From the NCBI GenBank assembly GCA_003279055.1, contig QCBP01000006.1:4704-68703 (forward strand): a DNA stretch of 64,000 nt, read 5' to 3'. The position numbers and the translations under genes are program-made. This DNA comes from Prochlorococcus sp. AG-347-I21 (GTDB lineage: Bacteria > Cyanobacteriota > Cyanobacteriia > PCC-6307 > Cyanobiaceae). Shown one piece after another: positions 1 through 10,811 of this stretch (the first letter of the stretch is position 1; every line of letters begins with the position of its first letter). The notes under the pieces are model-generated. The model did not search any database and was not told the origin of the DNA. It saw only the letters and a program-made list of their open reading frames with translations.

Positions 1-918
1 TTTGATTTTTGCAATATTAAATTCTCAGATAAAGTTTACTCTTGCATAAATGATTCGGATCTTGTTTTATTTTTAGTTTCGGGAGATGTAAATAGAAATG
101 AATTAAACAAAATCAGCTCCTTAATTAAAGATGGGAAAAAAATAATTATAATTTTGAATAAAATCGATCTTTTTAATAAAAATGACTTAAAAGAAATAAA
201 AGAAAATATCAAGTCTAAGCTTCCAAAAGACTTAAATATTCCAATAATTCTTAATAATGGAAAAAATCTTAAATATTATCTTACAAAAATAATAAATCAA
301 TATGGTGAGATATTTTTAACACTTAATTCACTGCAACTAGCTGACAAATTGTTTCTGAAGATAAAAGAGCAAAGATTGAAAAGAAGGCAGAAATTAGCAC
401 AATCAACTATTGGTAAATTTTCGACTATAAAGGCATCCGCAGTAGCTCTTAATCCTTTTATTTTATTTGATGTTGCTGGTAGTTTCGCACTTGATACTGC
501 ATTGATTAGAGAATTAAGTAAGATTTACGGCTTAAAGTTGAAAGGTGAATCTACAAGAAAAATATTTAAAAATATATCCATTAATAATTTATACTTGGGA
601 GTCACTCAAGTCGGCGTCAATACCTCTCTCAACCTTATTAAAAAAGTGATTTTATTATCGGCACCTTTCACTAATGGGCTCTCATTATTACCCTATGGAC
701 CCATAGCAATTATTCAAGCAGCAATCGCAGTGCAATCTACAAAAATCCTTGGTAAATTAGCAGCAAAAGAGATATTTATAAGAAGCAAAGCTTCTTTTAT
801 GGACCCTGCTATTATGATCCAAAATATGACTTTTCATGACCCAGATATTTATAACCACATAAATATTTATTTTTCAAATAGAAATTTAAATAATAATTTT
901 GTTAGTATTCTTCCTTAG
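1..918 (+). CDS. GTP-binding protein with C-terminal membrane-associated domain (DUF697-like); 5' partial, continues upstream of the window
   Basis: Frame 1 is open from base 1, so the track start at 154 is an internal TTG. Translation of 1..153 ends in LNKID, an NKxD G4 GTPase motif. The C-terminal half is hydrophobic and Gly/Ala-rich. Confidence 0.65.
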   Translation, partial: FDFCNIKFSDKVYSCINDSDLVLFLVSGDVNRNELNKISSLIKDGKKIIIILNKIDLFNKNDLKEIKENIKSKLPKDLNIPIILNNGKNLKYYLTKIINQYGEIFLTLNSLQLADKLFLKIKEQRLKRRQKLAQSTIGKFSTIKASAVALNPFILFDVAGSFALDTALIRELSKIYGLKLKGESTRKIFKNISINNLYLGVTQVGVNTSLNLIKKVILLSAPFTNGLSLLPYGPIAIIQAAIAVQSTKILGKLAAKEIFIRSKASFMDPAIMIQNMTFHDPDIYNHINIYFSNRNLNNNFVSILP

Positions 919-925
919 AACTTAA

Positions 926-1504
926 ATGGGAAAAAGTATTGCATTATTTGGTACCAGTGCAGATCCACCTACCATTGGACATAAAAAAATACTTGAAGAA
1001 TTATCCAAAATATATACTTTTACAATTGGTTATGCTAGTAACAACCCAAACAAAAATCACAAAGAGGATATCTCAATTCGTAGCCATTTATTAAAAACTC
1101 TCATTGAAGATTTAAATAATCCTAAAATTTTATTTAATCAAAGTGTTAGTAGCCAATGGGCATTAGAGTCAATTAAAAAATGTAAAAAAATTTATGAATT
1201 AAATAATTTAGATTTTGTTATTGGGAGCGATTTAATTAAAGATATTTTCTACTGGAAAAATTTCAATAAAATTACTGATGAGGTTAGTTTTTTGGTAATT
1301 TTAAGAGAGGGATATCCTGTTGAATCAAGTACTCTAGAAATGTTAGAAACTTATAAAGTAAAATTTAAGATTTCAACCATAAAAATCCCAAAAATTTCAA
1401 GTTCCAAGCTCAGGTCAAATTTTAATTTTTCCAATTTACCCTCTTCATTAATAGATATTGTGAAAAAGAATAATTTATATGAATCCACTAAATTAGTTGA
1501 ATGA
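926..1504 (+). CDS. nadD: nicotinate-nucleotide adenylyltransferase
   Basis: N-terminal GTSADPPTIGH nucleotidyltransferase (HxGH-type) motif. About 190 aa. ATGA overlap with the downstream NAD synthetase gene. Confidence 0.75.
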   Translation: MGKSIALFGTSADPPTIGHKKILEELSKIYTFTIGYASNNPNKNHKEDISIRSHLLKTLIEDLNNPKILFNQSVSSQWALESIKKCKKIYELNNLDFVIGSDLIKDIFYWKNFNKITDEVSFLVILREGYPVESSTLEMLETYKVKFKISTIKIPKISSSKLRSNFNFSNLPSSLIDIVKKNNLYESTKLVE

Positions 1505-3198
1505 AGTTTTTACTTGCTCAAATTAATCCAGTTGTTGGAGATTTAGAGGGTAATGCAAAAAAAATACTTTCTACTGCTTCGAAAGCTAGCTCAACTTCCG
1601 CTGATTTAGTTCTTACTCCAGAATTATCACTATGGGGATATCCAGCAAACGACCTACTTCTAAAAAAAAATTTAATCAAAAATCAATATCAAATTCTTGA
1701 CCAATTAGCCTTAGATATTAATAAAAAATATGGAAACTTGAGTATCACAGTAGGTATAGCTGAGATAATAAATGATTCTTTTTTCCCAAATCTTTATAAT
1801 TCTATTGCATTGCTTGAGCGAGGTGAGTGGAAAATAATTGCTCGTAAAATTATTCTTCCCACCTATGAAGTATTTGATGAGAAAAGATACTTTAGATCAG
1901 AAGAAAAAGTTTCCGTATTAACAAAAGAAATTAATAACAAAACTTGGCGACTTGGCTTTACTATATGTGAGGATTTATGGGTTAACAAAAATATAGAAGG
2001 TAGAGGAATTCATAAAAAGAATCCTATTTTTGATTTAAAGAAAAAAAAAGTTGATATTTTAGTGAATTTATCGGCCTCCCCATATACCTTCAAAAAGTTA
2101 GAGATAAGATCCAAAGTCTCCAGTTTTGCTGCTCAATATCTTCAAGTGCCGCTGATATATGTAAACCAGATTGGAGCAAATGATAATTTAATTTTTGATG
2201 GAAGTAGTTTTATTCTTGATAAGAATGGATCAAAAATTAAGGAATTAAAATCTTTTTCAGAAGACCTCTCGAGTTGGGACATTGAGCAAAGAAAACCTCA
2301 AAAAAATAAATTTGAAAGGTCTGAGATGTCATCAGTTTTTGATGCATTAGTACTTGGTGTTAGGGATTATGCTAAAAAATGCGGTTTTAAAACAGCATTA
2401 ATTGGACTAAGTGGTGGCATTGATTCAGCATTAGTTTCAGCAATTGCGACAGCTGCTCTTGGCAGTAATAATATTTATTGCGTCTCAATGCCCTCTAAGT
2501 GGAGTTCATCTCATTCAAAGAGTGATGCGAAAGATTTAGCAAGGAGATTAAAGATAAATTTCAACAGTATCCCAATTGAAAATTTGATGAGCTCTTTTGA
2601 AGAATCTTTTATAAATACTATATCTTTCAAGATGGCTGAAATAACAAATCAAAATATTCAATCAAGAATAAGAGGAACGCTTCTTATGGCTTTAGCAAAT
2701 CAAGAAAAGCATTTATTACTTTCAACAGGAAATAAATCAGAACTAGCTGTAGGATATTGCACACTTTATGGTGATATGAATGGGGGATTATCGGTAATTG
2801 GGGATTTATATAAAACTAATGTTTTTAAATTATGCAACTGGCTTGATAGTGAAGATTCAATTAATCATAGAAAATCATATATGTTAGATACTAGCGTAGA
2901 TTTAATTGGAGAAAATATACGTACGAAAGCTCCAAGTGCCGAATTAGGTCCTGATCAATTAGATACTGATTCTCTCCCACCTTATTCTATTTTAGATAAT
3001 ATTCTTAAAGGAATTATTGAAGAGAAAAAAGATTTACTACAACTAGAAAAAGATGGTTATAAAAAAGATTTAATTTTAAATATTATTTCACTCATGAAAA
3101 AAGCGGAATTTAAAAGAAAGCAGGCTCCTCCAATCCTGAAACTAAGTAGTCAATCATTAGGAAGTGACTGGAGAGTACCCATAGCAATATCTTATTAA
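1501..3198 (+). CDS. nadE: glutamine-dependent NAD+ synthetase
   Basis: N-terminal nitrilase/CN-hydrolase-like half. C-terminal half has the SGGIDS PP-loop ATP pyrophosphatase motif. 565 aa is typical of the fused form. Confidence 0.9.
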   Translation: MKFLLAQINPVVGDLEGNAKKILSTASKASSTSADLVLTPELSLWGYPANDLLLKKNLIKNQYQILDQLALDINKKYGNLSITVGIAEIINDSFFPNLYNSIALLERGEWKIIARKIILPTYEVFDEKRYFRSEEKVSVLTKEINNKTWRLGFTICEDLWVNKNIEGRGIHKKNPIFDLKKKKVDILVNLSASPYTFKKLEIRSKVSSFAAQYLQVPLIYVNQIGANDNLIFDGSSFILDKNGSKIKELKSFSEDLSSWDIEQRKPQKNKFERSEMSSVFDALVLGVRDYAKKCGFKTALIGLSGGIDSALVSAIATAALGSNNIYCVSMPSKWSSSHSKSDAKDLARRLKINFNSIPIENLMSSFEESFINTISFKMAEITNQNIQSRIRGTLLMALANQEKHLLLSTGNKSELAVGYCTLYGDMNGGLSVIGDLYKTNVFKLCNWLDSEDSINHRKSYMLDTSVDLIGENIRTKAPSAELGPDQLDTDSLPPYSILDNILKGIIEEKKDLLQLEKDGYKKDLILNIISLMKKAEFKRKQAPPILKLSSQSLGSDWRVPIAISY

Positions 3199-4253
3199 TC
3201 ACGATAAGAACACTGTTGGATTTTTTTTAAAGGCCGTTTAACTGAATCAAGGTTAATACCTTTTTTGATAGCAAGAATTATGCCTGCAGCTTCTAAATAA
3301 TTATCCACTTCAAAAAGATTGGGATAATCATAAAAATCATTTGTTACTTTTAATGTATTTTGATTTTTTACAGAGATAATATTTAAACCTTTTTCAATCC
3401 CTGCCAGTACTGCTTCTCCACCTAGTGCCCCCTTAGGAACAACAATAGATTCAATCTGATCAGGGTGTAGTAAGTTTGATTCGTTTTTAGTGGGTAATTC
3501 AACAATGTCAGGTGCATTGCTTAACCCAATCAGTACTGAGGGTAAAAAGGTGAATCCTATTTCTTCTGCAGCTGCACGAGGATCTAAATTTTCATTCAAT
3601 TCAATTGGGTTTAAAGCAGGTGCGTGAGCACAGGGAACTTTAAAAAATTTGCTAATTAAATGACTTATAACTGCTTCGACTCCAGAAATAGGATCAACCC
3701 CTTTCCCTTCTCGATAGATATTTGTTTCTAAAGAGTCTGAATCATCTGGAAATTTTGCCACAATTGCTATTGCCGTAACTCCTTTTTCTATTAAACATTT
3801 TCCAGCTTCAATAAGAGTATCAGGATTTTCAATTGTGCCTCCACTGATTTTTAAAGAATCAGAATCAATAACTACGTTTAATGGCTTTTTTGTAATCACA
3901 TAAGAATGAACATTAATCCCTAAAGTAGAAACACATGCATCAGCAACTTGTAAATGTCTCACTAATATTTCTTTTTCAATGGCTGAATCAAAAATTATCC
4001 CAATTTTCTGTTGCTTTACCCTTTTTAAAGCGATTTCTCCTTTAGCAAGTCGGTCTAAACTATAACCCTCAACATAAAAAATATTTTTATCTTTTTCAGA
4101 AAGAGTTCCGCCATTCATAACATTTGGATGAGTAATTAAACATCCACTTGCCGATGCTAATAATTTAGCGGTAGGAAGTGCATCCCCAGCAAAACCTCCT
4201 ACTTCACAACCAATACCAGTTGGAACAATGAATATTGTTGGTGAATTTTCCAT
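3195..4253 (-). CDS. conserved hypothetical protein (DUF3326-like by recollection)
   Basis: 352-aa ORF with non-repetitive composition. The N-terminus IFIVPTGIGCEVGGFAGDA resembles a conserved cyanobacterial/plant family of unknown function. Same orientation as the atp operon. Confidence 0.55.
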   Translation of the reverse strand: MENSPTIFIVPTGIGCEVGGFAGDALPTAKLLASASGCLITHPNVMNGGTLSEKDKNIFYVEGYSLDRLAKGEIALKRVKQQKIGIIFDSAIEKEILVRHLQVADACVSTLGINVHSYVITKKPLNVVIDSDSLKISGGTIENPDTLIEAGKCLIEKGVTAIAIVAKFPDDSDSLETNIYREGKGVDPISGVEAVISHLISKFFKVPCAHAPALNPIELNENLDPRAAAEEIGFTFLPSVLIGLSNAPDIVELPTKNESNLLHPDQIESIVVPKGALGGEAVLAGIEKGLNIISVKNQNTLKVTNDFYDYPNLFEVDNYLEAAGIILAIKKGINLDSVKRPLKKIQQCSYRD

Positions 4254-4280
4254 TATTAAAAATTGTTCAATTTATATTTT

Positions 4281-4472
4281 TTAATTAGCTAAGACTGCTT
4301 TAATTTTAATTTTTTTTGTTCCAAAAGAGTCAATAGAATTTTGAATATCAACAATTGACCATCGAATTAAATCACCTTTTTTTTCTAAATTTGCAATGAT
4401 AAATTGCCTTAAATTTTTTAATTTTATTGAAACTGGCCAATCTAAATAATAATCAACTGAACTTAATTTCAT
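4281..4472 (-). CDS. small hypothetical protein (63 aa)
   Basis: Its ATG overlaps the TGA of the upstream ferredoxin gene (ATGA at 4469..4472), suggesting translational coupling. No recognisable motif. Confidence 0.5.
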   Translation of the reverse strand: MKLSSVDYYLDWPVSIKLKNLRQFIIANLEKKGDLIRWSIVDIQNSIDSFGTKKIKIKAVLAN

Positions 4473-4795
4473 TTTTGATATTTACCAAATTGATCATTAT
4501 ATAAATCATCTTCGACTTCTTTACCAATAACAATATTCAAATCTGACTTGGGATATGCCACGCACAAAAGTGCAAAGCCCTTTTCCCTCAAATCATCATT
4601 TAATCCCATAGCATCTTCTTGATCTACAGATCCTTCCAATATCATGGATGCACAATCTGTACAAACTCCTGAACAACAACTACTTGGTAAATCTATTCCA
4701 TTCATTTTTGCCGCTGAAATAATATCTTGATCTTCAGAACATAAAAAACTAAAAGTCTTTTGCTCAAATTGAACTTTGATATTGTATTCAGGCAT
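4469..4795 (-). CDS. plant-type [2Fe-2S] ferredoxin
   Basis: CX4CX2C cluster motif (CCSGVCTDC) plus a distal Cys in LLCVAYP. 108 aa. Confidence 0.85.
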   Translation of the reverse strand: MPEYNIKVQFEQKTFSFLCSEDQDIISAAKMNGIDLPSSCCSGVCTDCASMILEGSVDQEDAMGLNDDLREKGFALLCVAYPKSDLNIVIGKEVEDDLYNDQFGKYQK

Positions 4796-4811
4796 ATCCT
4801 AAATCTTATTA

Positions 4812-5762
4812 CTAAACTGCTGAACCTCCTACAACTTCCAATATTTCTTGAGTAATAGCTGCTTGTCTAGCTTTGTTATAGGTTAGATTCAAAGTACTTG
4901 CTAATTCTTTAGCATTATCACTAGCATTATTCATCGCAGTCATCCTGCAAGCGAGTTCTGAAGCTGCCGATTCTTGAAGAGCTCTTAGTACCTGATTCTG
5001 TAAATATAATGGTAATAACGAATCTAATAGTTGATCAGGACTTTGTTCAAAAACAATATCTGATGGCAACTTATCTGAATCACTTGTTTCAATATTTGAT
5101 TTTTCAACAAGTAACTTACTATCTTTTGTAGTCAACCTAAAAATTTCATCGTTTTCCTCAGCAATTCCTTGAGGATCAAGTGGCAATAGTGTTTGAACGA
5201 CAGGAGCACAGCTAACTAAAGTGATGAATTTCGTATAAATAATTTCCACCCTATCAGAATTTTCTGAAAGAAATTCGGCTAAAATCTCATTTGTAACTCC
5301 TTCAGAATCCTTGACTGTGGGTACTTGTTCTAGTTCTTTGAAAGTACTTTTTATTACATATCTATCCTTTCTATTTTGAAAATATCCTATAGCTTTCTTC
5401 CCTACCAAAATTAAATTTGGCTGATACCCTTGTTTGACTAATTCTGCGTATCTTATTTCTACCTTTTTTATAATATTTGTATTGTAACCGCCGCATAAAC
5501 CTCTATCCGCAGTTATACAAACCAAGGAGATACTCTTTACTTCTCTCTTGGACAATAGAGGAGAGTCTACAGCCTCAAATTGTACTCTTGATTGAATATT
5601 TTCTAAGACTCGTGCAAGTTTATCTGCAAAAGGTCTACTTTTAAGAACTTGATCTTGAGCTCTCCTAACTTTTGCAGCTGCAACAAGTCTCATGGCCTCC
5701 GTTATTTTTCTTGTATTTTTAACGGAAACGATTCGATCTCTAATCTCTTTAAGATTTGCCAT
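4812..5762 (-). CDS. atpC: F0F1 ATP synthase gamma subunit
   Basis: [11 protein letters not shown]...TRKITEAM N-terminus and ITQEI..VVGG C-terminus are typical of the gamma subunit. Last gene of the atp operon. Cyanobacterial name atpC; atpG in E. coli nomenclature. Confidence 0.95.
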   Translation of the reverse strand: MANLKEIRDRIVSVKNTRKITEAMRLVAAAKVRRAQDQVLKSRPFADKLARVLENIQSRVQFEAVDSPLLSKREVKSISLVCITADRGLCGGYNTNIIKKVEIRYAELVKQGYQPNLILVGKKAIGYFQNRKDRYVIKSTFKELEQVPTVKDSEGVTNEILAEFLSENSDRVEIIYTKFITLVSCAPVVQTLLPLDPQGIAEENDEIFRLTTKDSKLLVEKSNIETSDSDKLPSDIVFEQSPDQLLDSLLPLYLQNQVLRALQESAASELACRMTAMNNASDNAKELASTLNLTYNKARQAAITQEILEVVGGSAV

Positions 5763-5780
5763 GATATCTCCTAAATAAAT

Positions 5781-7310
<1,530 letters not shown>

Positions 7311-7328
7311 TTAAGGTTGATTTAAAAG

Positions 7329-7871
7329 TTACTTGGAAAGGGATAAGCCAAGTTTTCTTATTTGTGAAGCAAGAGAAGCATCAATTACTTTTGATCCTAC
7401 ACTGGCGACGAAACCACCAATAAGAGATGGGTCGATTTTAGTTACAAGTTCTAATTTTTCAGTTCCAGCGATATTGATGATCTTTTTGGTAATTAAACCT
7501 TTCTGTTCATCAGTAAGCTCGACTGCAGAAGTAACAGTTGCCAAAGCAATATTACTATTTTCTCGGTAAATCTCTAAAAACCTATCAAGAATTGAAGTAA
7601 GGATTCCAATTCTTTGCCTATCGGCCAATAATTTTAAGAAATTCAATAAAGAAGAATTAACCTTTTTTGAAAAAATTTCATTAATGATTTTCTTCTTAGC
7701 ATCTGTCTCTAAAATAGGAGAGGAAAGTGCCTTCTCCAGTTCAGGGGAATCATTTATTAATTCCAAGAGTTGTTTAACTTCAGAAACCATCTCTTCAGTT
7801 TGCGAATTTTCATTCACAACTTGAAGTAATGCCTCTGCGTATGGTGTAGTGACTGAATTTAAAAGTGGCAT
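7329..7871 (-). CDS. atpD: F0F1 ATP synthase delta subunit (OSCP)
   Basis: 180 aa, positioned between b and alpha. The C-terminal IGG..V..G..V.D.S pattern is typical of delta. Cyanobacterial name atpD; atpH in E. coli. Confidence 0.9.
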   Translation of the reverse strand: MPLLNSVTTPYAEALLQVVNENSQTEEMVSEVKQLLELINDSPELEKALSSPILETDAKKKIINEIFSKKVNSSLLNFLKLLADRQRIGILTSILDRFLEIYRENSNIALATVTSAVELTDEQKGLITKKIINIAGTEKLELVTKIDPSLIGGFVASVGSKVIDASLASQIRKLGLSLSK

Positions 7872-8383
7872 TAGTTCACCTCAATATTGTTAATTGATTG
7901 AGTTACCAAATTTTCTTGTGTTGTTTTATCAAGTCGATTTGGTAGAGAATCTAAAGCTTTCTTAATTGCCAGTTCTACAGCTTCTTTTCTAAGTTGAGAA
8001 ATTGCTCTGGATGCTTCAGAGCTCTCATCAGAGATTGCACTTTGTTTAATTCGTGCCATCTCCTCTATAGCTTTTTTCTCACTTTCCATTCTGATTGACT
8101 CAGATCTTTTAAGGGAATCTGCTTTTATTTGAGAAGCTTTTTCTTCTGCTGAAGATAAATCTTTCTTCGCCTTTTCTAAAGCTTGAGTTGCATTTAGGAG
8201 TCGATCTTCAGCATCTTTTAATTCAAGAAGGATTCCTTCTCTCCTTTTTTGAAGCATTTTACCTAGGAAACCAGGCAAAAATTTATAAAGACCGAAAACT
8301 ACTACAGCCCAATTAAGGATATTGGTTTCGAATAAATTGAAGTTCAATCCAAAACCTTCAGTAGCTAAAAGAGTTAAATTCAT
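7871..8383 (-). CDS. atpF: F0F1 ATP synthase subunit b
   Basis: N-terminal TM helix followed by a long charged coiled-coil region. Operon position. The stop shares one base (7871) with the atpD ATG (TAATG). Confidence 0.9.
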   Translation of the reverse strand: MNLTLLATEGFGLNFNLFETNILNWAVVVFGLYKFLPGFLGKMLQKRREGILLELKDAEDRLLNATQALEKAKKDLSSAEEKASQIKADSLKRSESIRMESEKKAIEEMARIKQSAISDESSEASRAISQLRKEAVELAIKKALDSLPNRLDKTTQENLVTQSINNIEVN

Positions 8384-8841
8384 TTTTCTAGAATCAATCT
8401 ATTAACAATAAGTTCGCTTAGATCATTAGCCTGTTTAGAAAGTTGATCACGAGCAGCAGACGTCTGACTTTCAATTTCTAGTCTTGCTTTTTCTTTTGAA
8501 GCATTTGCTTCATTGTTGGCAAGTTCTAGTGCTTCTTTATAAAGCTTGTCAGACTCATTCTCAGCTTCGCTCACAATTTTTTGGGCTTCTGTACGAGCAC
8601 TTTGAAGCTGAGTTAATAAATCAGCTTCTAATTTTTTAACCTCAGAAAGTTTATTTTTGGCCTCAATAATATTATTACTTACAAACTTTTCTCTTTTTTC
8701 TACAACATTGCCAACAGGCTTAAAAAAGAGAGAATTTAATATGTAAGTAAGCGCAACTACTTGTATCGCCATGAGTGGCAAAGTGGCATTTATGTCAAAT
8801 AATCCACCTTCTGTAGCACCAAAAAAATTAAAGGCCAACAT
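8380..8841 (-). CDS. atpG: F0F1 ATP synthase subunit b'
   Basis: Second b-like subunit (TM helix plus coiled coil), characteristic of cyanobacteria and chloroplasts. ATGA overlap with atpF. Confidence 0.9.
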   Translation of the reverse strand: MLAFNFFGATEGGLFDINATLPLMAIQVVALTYILNSLFFKPVGNVVEKREKFVSNNIIEAKNKLSEVKKLEADLLTQLQSARTEAQKIVSEAENESDKLYKEALELANNEANASKEKARLEIESQTSAARDQLSKQANDLSELIVNRLILEK

Positions 8842-8873
8842 ATGATTCAGTTGAAGTTAAAAAATTAAATTTA

Positions 8874-8904
8874 AATATTGCTAATAAGGATTAGAAGCAA
8901 TATT
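8874..8904 (-). terminator. candidate partial terminator or stabilising hairpin just downstream of atpH
   Basis: 9-bp perfect stem AATATTGCT/AGCAATATT with a 13-nt loop, starting 6 nt after the atpH stop. On the sense (minus) strand it is followed by UAAAUUUAAUUUUUU. Confidence 0.4.
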
Positions 8905-8909
8905 AACTT

Positions 8910-9173
<264 letters not shown>

Positions 9174-9232
9174 TTAATACTTGTGATAATCTTTGTTGTC
9201 ATACACGCTTGGACATTCTTTCTTTAAGAATG

Positions 9233-9251
9233 GGTCTGATATATTCAGACC
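9233..9251 (-). promoter_or_regulatory. perfect 7-bp hairpin in the atpI-atpH spacer
   Basis: GGTCTGA-TATAT-TCAGACC. A related imperfect copy (GTCTGAATATATTCGAAGAC) lies at 9297..9316, directly after the atpI stop. Confidence 0.4.
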
Positions 9252-9318
9252 TACGCGATTAGATATTTTGCCAGATTACAGACTCTTTGTAAAAGCGTCT
9301 GAATATATTCGAAGACAG

Positions 9319-10044
9319 CTAATGATGTTCTTCAACAGCTTCTCCTATGTAATAGGCCGCCAAAGTTGCGAAAATCAACGCCTGAATTGCACTAGTAAAC
9401 AATCCTAGAAACATAACAGGTATTGGGAGAATTAGCGGAACTAAAAAGACTAGAACACCAACAACAAGTTCATCAGCCAAAATATTTCCAAATAGCCTGA
9501 AAGAGAGTGATAAAGGTTTTGTAAAATCCTCTAGAATTTTGAAAGGAAGCATAATCGGAGTTGGGTGAACATAGTATTCGAAGTATCTCCAACCCTTATT
9601 GCTTAAACCTGCATAGAAATAAGAAAGTGAAACCAATAAAGCCAAGGCTATAGTTGTATTGATATCAGCAGTAGGTGCTCCTAATTCTCCACTTGGTAAC
9701 TTAATCAATCTCCAAGGAATTAAAGCCCCTCCCCAATTACTAACAAAGACGAATAAAAATAAAGTACCTATAAATGGCATCCAATCTCTATAAACTTTTT
9801 CACCTATTTGCGTCCTAGCAAGATCTCTTATGTAATCCCATAGGAACTCAAGCAAGTTTTGAAGACCTTTAGGATCATTTTCCATCTTTTTAGTTCCTAA
9901 AGAAATAAAAACTAATAACGCTCCTAATAAAATCCAAGATGTTAAAAATACCTGCCCATGTAATCTGATATTTCCAATTTGCCAATAAAGATGTTGACCA
10001 ACTTCTAATGCTGCAAAATTTGTTAGCAAGGAATTAAAAAACAT
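9319..10044 (-). CDS. atpI: F0F1 ATP synthase subunit a
   Basis: 241-aa polytopic membrane protein with the conserved LSLRLFGN-like motif ([15 protein letters not shown]). Cyanobacterial name atpI; atpB in E. coli. Confidence 0.95.
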   Translation of the reverse strand: MFFNSLLTNFAALEVGQHLYWQIGNIRLHGQVFLTSWILLGALLVFISLGTKKMENDPKGLQNLLEFLWDYIRDLARTQIGEKVYRDWMPFIGTLFLFVFVSNWGGALIPWRLIKLPSGELGAPTADINTTIALALLVSLSYFYAGLSNKGWRYFEYYVHPTPIMLPFKILEDFTKPLSLSFRLFGNILADELVVGVLVFLVPLILPIPVMFLGLFTSAIQALIFATLAAYYIGEAVEEHH

Positions 10045-10068
10045 TTGTTTTGAATAAAAAAAATTTAC

Positions 10069-10545
10069 TTAAGAACGTGAAAAAAAAAGAATGAGTGAAG
10101 GCTTATAAATGAAAAAACCTATCATTGCAGGAAAAATATCCAAAGATCCTAGCTTGCTCGCAAAAATAAAGAGGCAAACTGGAACTAATAGTTGCAATTT
10201 TGATACACCTGATGATTCTTTACCAAGTTTCCCTATGCTTTTGGCAAGCAAACGTAGGTAAAAAATACCGGCTATTGCACCTATAAAAATACTAAAACCA
10301 AAACTAAATCCTAGAAAAATTCCAGTTATTGAAGCTAATAAAATAGAAACAATAAAAGTAATTCCAAAAATTGTTAATTGCAATTTTGTGTATTCATCAT
10401 TTTGAGAAAGCAAATTATCTATTTGATTGGCAATGCCAGATTTACTTTCTTTGATGATCGAATTATTCAGGGATCGAGGAAGTTGAACATTCTCATTAGA
10501 GGGATGCTCAAGTTTTTTTCTATTTGAGTTCACTGATGTGAACAT
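10069..10545 (-). CDS. atp1: ATP synthase protein I (atp1)
   Basis: Small hydrophobic protein encoded as the first gene of the cyanobacterial atp operon. The exact start is uncertain. Confidence 0.7.
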   Translation of the reverse strand: MFTSVNSNRKKLEHPSNENVQLPRSLNNSIIKESKSGIANQIDNLLSQNDEYTKLQLTIFGITFIVSILLASITGIFLGFSFGFSIFIGAIAGIFYLRLLAKSIGKLGKESSGVSKLQLLVPVCLFIFASKLGSLDIFPAMIGFFIYKPSLILFFSRS

Positions 10546-10588
10546 ATTTTAGAACCCTCTCTAAATTGCTTGAAGTAAGTATATAAAC

Positions 10589-10607
10589 TCACGGAATCTA
10601 TCACGGA
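10589..10607 (-). promoter_or_regulatory. direct repeat TCACGGA-N5-TCACGGA upstream of atp1 (candidate factor-binding site in the atp promoter)
   Basis: Exact 7-mers at 10589..10595 and 10601..10607 (12-bp period). They lie just upstream of a minus-strand TATACT -10-like hexamer (10578..10583), 44-62 nt upstream of the atp1 ATG. Confidence 0.3.
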
Positions 10608-10811
10608 GAGGTGCCCTTTAGCTAGTTTTTTTTTATAAAAAATTAATTCTTAAGATTTATGATGAATCTGTAGTCCTTTTTTTACTTTATTCTTAAAAAA
10701 TAAAATTTATGAAAAGTCATCTTTTTTTTTGATTTAACACTTTAAAACGTTAATAGAAGACTTGGCAAAATCTCAATTAAACGTCTCAATAGTACATATA
10801 CATCTAAAAAA

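Noticed and set aside
154-918. Track start of the first ORF at 154
   Set aside because: Frame 1 is open back to base 1 and encodes an NKxD GTPase motif upstream of 154. The 154 start is an internal TTG, so the gene is a 5'-truncated partial.
9193-9408. 71-aa plus-strand ORF spanning the atpI-atpH spacer
   Set aside because: It runs antisense to the atp operon and into atpI, with an implausible composition. The spacer is better explained by RNA hairpins.
10555-10640. T9 run preceded by CCTCTC...GAGAGG complementarity, considered as a plus-strand terminator or sRNA
   Set aside because: The complementary segments are 40 nt apart and the adjacent CTAAA/TTTAG arms are in the wrong order for a hairpin. 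No gene ends here on the plus strand.
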